Origin: Arenicellales bacterium | GTDB taxonomy: Bacteria > Pseudomonadota > Gammaproteobacteria > Arenicellales > Poriferihabitantaceae | Assembly: GCA_965116595.1 (NCBI GenBank) | Contig: OZ220708.1 | Location: 1,142,875-1,206,874 of the forward strand | Length of the DNA: 64,000 nucleotides | Direction of reading: 5' to 3' | Shown here: positions 38,172 through 45,644 of the stretch, piece by piece | Layout: each line of letters opens with the position of its first letter | Numbering within the stretch: position 1 is the stretch's first letter | The notes under the pieces: model-generated | Seen by the model: only the letters and a program-made list of their open reading frames with translations | What the model was told of the DNA's origin: nothing | The model's database searches: none | Made by a program: the position numbers and the translations under genes

Positions 38172-39467
38172 CTATCCGTATTCCCTGCCAGTCAGCAGCG
38201 CTTTAAGTCGCCCGACCAGAGAATGGCCCTCGGTTTGCGGCGACCGTTTGCTGGCCGAACCCGCGGTCGCAGCGATTTCAACCGCTTTTTGCGCGGCCTG
38301 GGCCATGCTTTCGGCAATAAAAATCTGCGGTATGGATTCCTTTAACCGGCGTTTGGCCAAATCCGCATTAGTGCCCGAAAACCGGACAATCACAGGGATT
38401 TCGATGGGTGTTGACCGATTAATCAGTAAAAGCGCGTCGGCGATCGTATCACACCGCATGATCCCGCCGCCAAACACATTGATCAGCAGACAGTCCACAG
38501 ACGGGGTATTCAAAACCTGCTCAATGGCGCTGCGGCTGCGCGCAATCTTTGAATCCGGCGGCAAATCCAGAAAATTCGCCGACTCGCCGTCCAGATATCT
38601 GATAGCGTCAATCGTCGCCATCGACAACCCCGCACCGACTGCCAGACAACCGATATTGCCATCCATCCTGAAATAGTTGAAACCATGCTTGCTGGCCTGC
38701 AACCGATCATCCGGCCGCCAGGCGTCCTGCGCCAGATATCGGTTTTGTTGTTGTCGGAACATCGCATTGTCATCCAGCGCAATCTTCGAATCGAGTGCGA
38801 CCAGATCCCCGCCGGCGACGGCTAAAGGATTGATTTCGATCAAACTCGCATCCCGGCCAATAAACAGAGCGTGGATTTTATGCACAATCTGTTTTGCCTG
38901 GTCAGCCAGTTTACCGACCAGGTTGAGGTTGCCGGTGAGCGTTTCAAGTTGCGCCTGTGTGGCGCCGGTATCATCTTCGATGACCAGCTTGTATATCGAC
39001 TCCGGTTCCTGTGCCGCAACCGATTCAATATCGGACCCGCCATGGTTCGAATACAGCAAAACCACTTTCCCCAATTTCGCGTCCACCAGCATCGCCATCG
39101 AAAGTTCACGCTCGAATTCCAGCACCTTTTCCAGATAAACCCGCTCAACGACTGCGCCGGCTGGGTCGGTTTGCGCTGCCTTCAATATATTTCCAAGCAT
39201 TGCATTGGCATACGGATGAACATCCAGATGATTGTTTACCTGATGTACGCCACCGGCGGGATTCAAACCCCGAAACCGATCCGCATCGACAAAAGAACCA
39301 CGAGCGCGGCCGCTGGAGAGAACCTGTGCCTTGATCATCCAGCGTTCGCCGCCGAGGCGTGTCGCGACCTCTTCGGCCTGTTCCGGAGTAGCTGCAATTT
39401 CCCCGGGAGGAATCAGGATTCCAGCTCCTTCCAGGAGGCGTTTGCCCTGATATTCGTAAAGGTTCAA
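38172..39467 (-). CDS. succinyl-CoA synthetase beta-subunit-like ATP-grasp protein, divergent, with C-terminal extension
   Basis: 431-aa ORF with MNLYEYQGKRLL, LIEINPL, DGNIGCLAVGAGLSMATID and NVFGGGIMRCD. Compared with E. coli SucC it has an insertion after the first beta-hairpin and about 35 extra C-terminal residues. Confidence 0.85.
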   Translation of the reverse strand: MNLYEYQGKRLLEGAGILIPPGEIAATPEQAEEVATRLGGERWMIKAQVLSSGRARGSFVDADRFRGLNPAGGVHQVNNHLDVHPYANAMLGNILKAAQTDPAGAVVERVYLEKVLEFERELSMAMLVDAKLGKVVLLYSNHGGSDIESVAAQEPESIYKLVIEDDTGATQAQLETLTGNLNLVGKLADQAKQIVHKIHALFIGRDASLIEINPLAVAGGDLVALDSKIALDDNAMFRQQQNRYLAQDAWRPDDRLQASKHGFNYFRMDGNIGCLAVGAGLSMATIDAIRYLDGESANFLDLPPDSKIARSRSAIEQVLNTPSVDCLLINVFGGGIMRCDTIADALLLINRSTPIEIPVIVRFSGTNADLAKRRLKESIPQIFIAESMAQAAQKAVEIAATAGSASKRSPQTEGHSLVGRLKALLTGREYG

Positions 39468-39526
39468 TTAAATTCCCGGTACAGGTAAGCGTGACATCTA
39501 ATCGGGTTCGGTTTCATCCGTCAATA

Positions 39527-40507
39527 CTAAACCAAAAGAACAATTTTTCCAAAATGACTGCTCGATTCCATGGCCCGATGCGCCTCGGCGGCCCTCTGCA
39601 ATGGATAAATATCAGACACAAGTGGCGTGATTTTCTCTTCGGCCATCATCGGCAGGACCGTGTTTGCAAATTGAGCAATGATCGCGGCTTTTTCAGCTAT
39701 TGGCCGGGAACGCAGCACAGAGCCGATGATTCTCTGTCGCTTCACCATCATCAGCGCCAGATTAAGTTCGGCTTGTATGCCGCCAAGAACGCCGATCAGC
39801 ATCAGCGTTCCACCGACGCCCAGGGATTTCATATTGGCCGCCAGATAGGGCCCTCCAATATGATCCAGAATTACATTGACCCCCCGTTTTTCAGTTCGCT
39901 CCCTTACCTTGTCGGCAAATGATTCGGTTTTATAGTCGATAACAAAGTGGGCGCCGAGCTCTTTCACTCTTTCAACCTTGCCGGTAGATGCAGTCACAAT
40001 AATATCAGTATCAGGTGTCAATGCCCGGCAGAGTTGAATTGCAGCGGTATTCACTCCTCCACCCCCTCCATGCAGCAACACCGACTGATTATTGCCGAGG
40101 CCCCCGATCATGAATATATTGAGGTAAGCGGTCAAATAGGTTTCACAAATACAGGCAGCCTGGACGAAGTCCATATTTTCAGGTATCGCCATAGCATGGT
40201 CGGCATGGACCGTGGCGAACTCCGCATACCCGCCGCCGCCGATCAACGCCATTACCCGATCTCCAACCTTCCATCGGGATACATCCTTACCCGTTGCCGC
40301 CACGGTTCCGGCAACTTCGAGGCCGAGGATTTCCGAGTCCCCTTCCGGGGGCGCGTAATTACCCTGGCGTTGAATGACGTCCGGTCGATTGACCGATGTG
40401 GCCACGACCTTGATTAAAATCCGGCTATCCTCCGGTGTTGGCATATCGGCATCACCGAACTCCATCATTTCCGGACCACCGAAACCTTTCAGCAAAATTG
40501 CTTTCAT
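39527..40507 (-). CDS. NADPH:quinone oxidoreductase / zeta-crystallin-like medium-chain dehydrogenase
   Basis: The internal ATG at 40507 (MKAILLKGFGGPE...) is preferred. It has the strings SVNRPDVIQRQGNY, GLEVAGTV, and a nucleotide-binding LLHGGGGGVNTAAIQL. Confidence 0.85.
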   Translation of the reverse strand: MKAILLKGFGGPEMMEFGDADMPTPEDSRILIKVVATSVNRPDVIQRQGNYAPPEGDSEILGLEVAGTVAATGKDVSRWKVGDRVMALIGGGGYAEFATVHADHAMAIPENMDFVQAACICETYLTAYLNIFMIGGLGNNQSVLLHGGGGGVNTAAIQLCRALTPDTDIIVTASTGKVERVKELGAHFVIDYKTESFADKVRERTEKRGVNVILDHIGGPYLAANMKSLGVGGTLMLIGVLGGIQAELNLALMMVKRQRIIGSVLRSRPIAEKAAIIAQFANTVLPMMAEEKITPLVSDIYPLQRAAEAHRAMESSSHFGKIVLLV

Positions 40508-40609
40508 ATTGTCATTGATTCCCTGGATTTCGCCGCCCGCCCCCGGACTCACCTGGCCTCCTGAGGATGGACAGGCTGAGGAGATTACGGGTTGATCCGG
40601 CTGGTATGA

Positions 40610-42001
40610 TTGATCACATTTCTATATGATTTGCCATTATATGGAAACACGGTCAACAAAAGGAAGGATAAGATTGCATTAGCCAACGGAATTTTCCGGA
40701 GAACCCTGTTGAGTCGATTTGTACCCCGCTTTCTGCAAGGAGCCGAAGGCATGCTGGTACTGATGGCCTGCGCCATGGCAGTCAGTTTGTACGGCTGGTT
40801 TACGTTGTTGAATAACTTTGTCGTAGAGCGTGCGGCTTTTACCGGCAGGGAAATTGGATTCCTGCAATCCATTCGGGAAGTGCCGGGCTTCCTGTCCTTC
40901 CTCGTCATCTTCCTGCTGCCGTTCATGCGTGAACAAAACCTCGCATACCTGGCCCTGGCCATGCTCGGCATCGGCACGGCGATAACCGGATTTTTCCCCA
41001 CTGAGCTGGCGCTCTATGCCACCACATTCCTGATGTCCCTGGGGTTTCACTATTATGAAACGATCAATCAATCCCTGACGCTGCAACTGGTAGACAAGTC
41101 AGAAGCGCCGGTTCATCTGGCCAGGCAATTGAAATCATCTTCCATTGGCACGCTTGCCATATTCATTGTCATTATCCTGTGTTTCGATCAGAAAGCGTTA
41201 GTAGCCATTCAGCAGATATTGGGAATGGAAGCGTCATTCGAAGGATTTACCCTCGGCTTTACCCCGCTTTACCTGATCGCCGGAATTTTTACCGTTGCCG
41301 TGGCCATCTTTTGCAAACTCCATTATCCCCTCTACCAATCCCGTGAAGTACAACACAAAGCCCTTTTTCTTCGGCAACGCTACTGGCTGTACTATGCGCT
41401 CACCTTCATGGGAGGCGCGCGCCGACAGATTTTCATGGTCTTCGCCGGATTCCTCATGGTCGAGAAGTTTGGCTATGACGTGACCTCCATTACCCTGCTT
41501 TACCTGGTAAACCTGCTCGCAAATATCTGGATCGCCCCCTATGTTGGCCGGTTCATCCAGAGAATGGGAGAACGAAGGGCGCTGATCATTGAATATGTTG
41601 GCCTGATTGCCATCTTTGCAGGCTACGCTATTGTCAGCGATCACCGATTCGCGGCCGGGCTATATGTGCTGGATCATTTGTTTTTCGCTTTTGCCATAGC
41701 CATCAAAACCTACTTCCAGAAAATTGCCGACCCGAGGGACATTGCCTCCACCGCGGGTGTCAGCTTCACCATCAACCATATTGCGGCAGTCGCCATTCCC
41801 GCGCTGTTCGGCCTGATCTGGATCGACGACCCCGGCCTGGTGTTTTACCTCGGCTCCGCCATGGCCGCCGTCTCACTGCTACTGGCGTTGATGATCCCGG
41901 TCAACCCGAAGCCGGGCAGGGAAACCACAATACGCCATACAACATCCGTGCTCAAACCGGAGTACCATCTAACCCGAAACATCAAACCGGAAAAATCATG
42001 A
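40610..42001 (+). CDS. MFS-like polytopic membrane transporter
   Basis: 463-aa ORF with about 12 hydrophobic helices. The true start may lie at an internal Met (MLVLMACAM...). The stop overlaps the next gene's ATG (ATGA). Confidence 0.65.
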   Translation: MITFLYDLPLYGNTVNKRKDKIALANGIFRRTLLSRFVPRFLQGAEGMLVLMACAMAVSLYGWFTLLNNFVVERAAFTGREIGFLQSIREVPGFLSFLVIFLLPFMREQNLAYLALAMLGIGTAITGFFPTELALYATTFLMSLGFHYYETINQSLTLQLVDKSEAPVHLARQLKSSSIGTLAIFIVIILCFDQKALVAIQQILGMEASFEGFTLGFTPLYLIAGIFTVAVAIFCKLHYPLYQSREVQHKALFLRQRYWLYYALTFMGGARRQIFMVFAGFLMVEKFGYDVTSITLLYLVNLLANIWIAPYVGRFIQRMGERRALIIEYVGLIAIFAGYAIVSDHRFAAGLYVLDHLFFAFAIAIKTYFQKIADPRDIASTAGVSFTINHIAAVAIPALFGLIWIDDPGLVFYLGSAMAAVSLLLALMIPVNPKPGRETTIRHTTSVLKPEYHLTRNIKPEKS

Positions 42002-42417
42002 AATTACACATTTCCCTGAATGTAGAGGATATGGACAAATCCATAGCCTTCTATTCCTCCCTGTTCGGCAAACCAGCCGATATCGTTCGCGACAACTATG
42101 CCAAGTGGGATGTGGACGATCCTTCGGTCAATTTCGTCATCGAGTCAAATTGCTGCGCGGCAAACTCCGGTCATATCGGCTTCGACCATATCGGAATTGA
42201 GGCCGATGACCGGGATCAACTGGCCACTCTGGTCGAGAGAATCCGGCAATCCGGGAACCCCTGGCTAGAGCCGGAAAGCACGACATGCTGCTACGCCAGG
42301 TCGGACAAAGCCTGGGTCCGGGGAGCCGCCGGAGAACCCTGGGAAGCTTTTCTGACCCATGACCACGACAGCGAGGAGTACGGTCACGACCGCACCCACC
42401 TGCTGCCGCTGAAATAA
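41998..42417 (+). CDS. ArsI/CadI-family vicinal-oxygen-chelate (glyoxalase-fold) protein
   Basis: 139-aa ORF with MKLHISLNV, FDHIGIE, the vicinal Cys pair in TTCCYARSDKAWV, and GEPWEAF. The pattern is typical of the ArsI/CadI family. Confidence 0.7.
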   Translation: MKLHISLNVEDMDKSIAFYSSLFGKPADIVRDNYAKWDVDDPSVNFVIESNCCAANSGHIGFDHIGIEADDRDQLATLVERIRQSGNPWLEPESTTCCYARSDKAWVRGAAGEPWEAFLTHDHDSEEYGHDRTHLLPLK

Positions 42418-42474
42418 ATCTCCGGCCGTTACCGGCGCAACCCGGATTTCGAGACGCCACGGAAGGCGGCCCGA

Positions 42475-43509
42475 TCAACCGCCGATATACGACATTTCCA
42501 CCTTTTGGGAATGACTGTGCGCCGGGGCGGTGGATGTCGTTCGACTCCTTTGCATCGAATACTGATCATCCCGATTCAGCCAGATCGCCTCGATTCGTTG
42601 CCTGATACCTGAATCTGAATCTTCGGTGGCGAGCAGCCCTTTCAAATCAAAGCCGGATGTTGCAAACAGGCAGGTAAACAGCTCTCCAATGGCGGAAAGC
42701 CGGGCCCTGACACAGTGATTGCAGAAAGGCTGGGTGATTGAAGAAATAACGCCGATCTCACCCGAACCATCGGTAAACCGCCACCTCTTTGCAACTTCAG
42801 ACCTGGAATTCAGGTCTATCGGTTCGATCGGATACCTGGATTGAATCAGGTCAATTATTTGATTGGCGCTAAAAACGTTGTCAAGCCGCCATTGATTATG
42901 GTTCCCTACATCCATGAATTCGATAAAACGTAAAATCACGCCTGTTCCCTTGAAATAATCAACCATGGGTAATATGTCAGGGACATTGATATCCTTTTGC
43001 ACCACCATATTCACCTTCACCGTATCAAAACCAGCATTTATTGCACTATCCACTCCCCGCAAAACATCTTCCATCGGGTAGGGAATCTGGTTGATGCGCT
43101 GGTAAATTTCCGGCGTGAGTGCGTCCAGACTGACGTTGATACGTTTAACTCCAGCCTGCCTGAGTGATTGCGCTCGCGATGCGCTCAGCAGCGAAGCATT
43201 TGTAGTAATCGCGATATCCCTGATTCCATCCACCCTGTGAATCTTTTCAACCAGGACCTCCAGATCCTTTCTCAATAGAGGCTCTCCACCGGTCAGTCGA
43301 ATTTTTTCGACTCCCAGGCTGACAAATACCCTGACCAGTCTTTCGATATCCTCGTAACTTAACAGTGTGCTCTTTTTCAAAAATTGGTGGCCTTTGCCAA
43401 AAACATCTTTCGGCATGCAGTAACCACAGCGAAAATTGCACCGGTCCGTAACCGATATGCGTAAATCATGCAACGGCCGTCGGAGCTTGTCTTTGGGCAC
43501 CGTGGTCAA
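42475..43509 (-). CDS. moaA: GTP 3',8-cyclase MoaA (radical SAM)
   Basis: 344-aa ORF with LRISVTDRCNFRCGYCMP, C-terminal cluster Cys residues (CNHCVRARLSAIGELFTC) and a C-terminal ...SYIGG tail. Confidence 0.9.
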   Translation of the reverse strand: MTTVPKDKLRRPLHDLRISVTDRCNFRCGYCMPKDVFGKGHQFLKKSTLLSYEDIERLVRVFVSLGVEKIRLTGGEPLLRKDLEVLVEKIHRVDGIRDIAITTNASLLSASRAQSLRQAGVKRINVSLDALTPEIYQRINQIPYPMEDVLRGVDSAINAGFDTVKVNMVVQKDINVPDILPMVDYFKGTGVILRFIEFMDVGNHNQWRLDNVFSANQIIDLIQSRYPIEPIDLNSRSEVAKRWRFTDGSGEIGVISSITQPFCNHCVRARLSAIGELFTCLFATSGFDLKGLLATEDSDSGIRQRIEAIWLNRDDQYSMQRSRTTSTAPAHSHSQKVEMSYIGG

Positions 43510-43754
43510 CCTCCCTGGATTGCAGGCCAGACCGTTAACACGTCACCTTCTTCCAGTTTTTCATCCCGCGCATCGAAAGGGAGAAACACGCCATTTCGCA
43601 TCACCGTTCGCACCTCTGCATCCGGCACATTAAACCGTTGCAGGATCTGATTCGGTGTGATTGAACCGGATTCGTCCAGCTGGATAGCATTTCCTTCAAT
43701 GTTTTTTGGCAGATACTCCATCAGATTGGAGAAAAATTTGACCGTGACTTTCAT
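43506..43754 (-). CDS. MoaD/ThiS-family ubiquitin-like sulfur-carrier protein (copy 2)
   Basis: 82-aa ORF ending ...GDVLTVWPAIQGG. Its stop overlaps the moaA start by 4 nt. It is a paralogue of the 44092..44358 ORF (shared FxxLxxYLPxN...PNQ...VP..EV...NGV.L...D....WP...GG). Confidence 0.7.
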   Translation of the reverse strand: MKVTVKFFSNLMEYLPKNIEGNAIQLDESGSITPNQILQRFNVPDAEVRTVMRNGVFLPFDARDEKLEEGDVLTVWPAIQGG

Positions 43755-43777
43755 TTTATCCTGCCCTGGTGAACCCT

Positions 43778-44095
43778 CTACCCGCCGCCACGATGGAGGT
43801 ACTTTTTAAATCTGTCGATAAATTCATTACGTTCGGCCTGCGAAAAGTGTTCGAACTCGATTCTAACATCCACAACCGGTAATTCCAGTGAAGCAATGCG
43901 GCGGGTTTTTTCCTCCCTCATGGTCAGGCGCGCCGTTCTGCCGTCCAGTGTGATATTGAATCTGAGCTCTCCCGGCCTTGCAGCCTGATTCGGTAAAACC
44001 CGGTAAGGCGCGACTGCGGAGGCCAGACTCTTTACCAGTTCGAGATGGGTAAAGCCCATCTGTGCGGAGTAATCGAATCCTCCAGCCTTGCTCAT
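43778..44095 (-). CDS. hypothetical 105-aa protein ending in ...LHRGGG
   Basis: The ATG at 44095 overlaps the upstream moaD-like stop (ATGA), whereas the track ORF starts 21 nt further upstream. I recognise no family motif. It sits in an operon context between two MoaD-like genes. Confidence 0.55.
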   Translation of the reverse strand: MSKAGGFDYSAQMGFTHLELVKSLASAVAPYRVLPNQAARPGELRFNITLDGRTARLTMREEKTRRIASLELPVVDVRIEFEHFSQAERNEFIDRFKKYLHRGGG

Positions 44096-44358
44096 CCCCC
44101 GGCAACCGGAGGCCATATAGCAATTGTGTCATCCGGTTTCAGTGGAAGATCCCGGTCAACCTCATTCAGATACACCCCATTCAACAATACCAGGTGAACT
44201 TCGCGGCGAGGTACGAAATGTTGATCGATCAACTGATTCGGTGTCGTGTTGTCCGCCACTTCCAGAACCGCCGCGTTCTTTACCGCATTTTCTGGTAAAT
44301 AACCCGACAAGGTTGCGAATAGCTTGAAGTGAACCCGCATCTGCAACGCCTCTGACAA
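44092..44358 (-). CDS. MoaD/ThiS-family ubiquitin-like sulfur-carrier protein (copy 1)
   Basis: 88-aa ORF ending ...DTIAIWPPVAGG. The spacing of hydrophobic residues is consistent with a beta-grasp fold. Confidence 0.7.
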   Translation of the reverse strand: MSEALQMRVHFKLFATLSGYLPENAVKNAAVLEVADNTTPNQLIDQHFVPRREVHLVLLNGVYLNEVDRDLPLKPDDTIAIWPPVAGG

Positions 44359-44399
44359 GATTTCCGGGAGAATCAGATACTTCTCGCAGTATCGAAGAC

Positions 44400-45644
44400 T
44401 TACCCCTGGGTCACGGCCAGATAGGCTTCCATAATCATCAACGGGTTATCAATCAGCCGATCTTTCCATTTCCCTAAAGGAAACCGACCCTGCACCAACC
44501 CCCGAATCACTCCGATGTGCTGAGTCAGCCCGAGCGTATTGGCGCCGATCAGGCGGTCTTCTTCAAATTGAAGCTGGATATAACGGAAATGATCGAAGTC
44601 GACCAGTCTCGCAGTGTCACCGCCATCAACCCCTTCCCATTGACCGTAGGAGGAGGATATCAAGCCGATAGTGTCCAGTACATTCATCAATACGCTGCCC
44701 TGATGATGGATGGAGCCGTATTCGACCATGTTGGCGGCAGCCACATAGCCATGTTCAACCGCGGTCGGCTGAATCGCCTGAACACTGTATTCGCCGGTAG
44801 AGAAATCCCGTCCGCAGGCAACATCGCCGGCTGCGTAAATATCCTCGATGGATGAGCGCATGCAGTCATCTATGACAATCGCTCCATTGGACATTTCGAT
44901 GCCGGAATCTGCCAGAAAACCGGCATTACCCTGCACGCCCGTAGCACAAATCACCAATTCGGCCTCAACTTCTCTGCCGTCGCTGACCTTGACCCTGGCG
45001 TGATCGCCGGAAGATTCGATGGCTTCAACCTGAGAACCGGTCATCACGTTGACCCCTTTATCGGTACACCATCTTTGCAGCAGTGTGCCGCAGGTCTGAT
45101 CCAGCATTCTGGGCACCATCCGGTTCCCCATCTCAATCACCGTCAGCTTCGCGCCGGATGAAACCAGCGCTTCAAGAATGATACAACCGATAAACCCGGC
45201 GCCAATCAATACAACGGATGAACCCGGCCTGATTGTGCCCGATATCTTTCTGGAGTCCTCCAGCGTCCAGCAACTGGTGACCCTTGCGTGATCAATACCC
45301 GGAATCGGCGGGATAATCGGACGCGATCCGGACGCGACCAGCAACCTGTCATAATCCTGGCGGCCCCCGCTCGCGAGTGAAACGGTCTTTCCCGCGGGGT
45401 CTACGGATTCGACCGTGTCAACCACAACCTCAATTCCCTGTCCGCTGAAATGACCCTCCTGTTTTCTCAGATAAGTGCCGGACTCATCGATGTTTTCCAT
45501 CAGCAGATAAGGAATCGCCATTCGGGAATAGGGCGGTTCAGGCTCGTCGCCAATGATGGCAATACGCGCAGACGGATCCCGTTTGTGCAATGTCTCAGCC
45601 GCCACCACCCCCGCGGGGCCGGCGCCAATGATGACGTGATTCAT
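44400..45644 (-). CDS. aorC: FAD-dependent pyridine-nucleotide-disulfide oxidoreductase (AorC-like NAD(P)-linking subunit)
   Basis: 414-aa ORF with VIIGAGPAGVVAA, a second dinucleotide fold VVLIGAGFIGCI, and AAGDVA. The start overlaps the AOR gene stop by 4 nt. Confidence 0.75.
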   Translation of the reverse strand: MNHVIIGAGPAGVVAAETLHKRDPSARIAIIGDEPEPPYSRMAIPYLLMENIDESGTYLRKQEGHFSGQGIEVVVDTVESVDPAGKTVSLASGGRQDYDRLLVASGSRPIIPPIPGIDHARVTSCWTLEDSRKISGTIRPGSSVVLIGAGFIGCIILEALVSSGAKLTVIEMGNRMVPRMLDQTCGTLLQRWCTDKGVNVMTGSQVEAIESSGDHARVKVSDGREVEAELVICATGVQGNAGFLADSGIEMSNGAIVIDDCMRSSIEDIYAAGDVACGRDFSTGEYSVQAIQPTAVEHGYVAAANMVEYGSIHHQGSVLMNVLDTIGLISSSYGQWEGVDGGDTARLVDFDHFRYIQLQFEEDRLIGANTLGLTQHIGVIRGLVQGRFPLGKWKDRLIDNPLMIMEAYLAVTQG

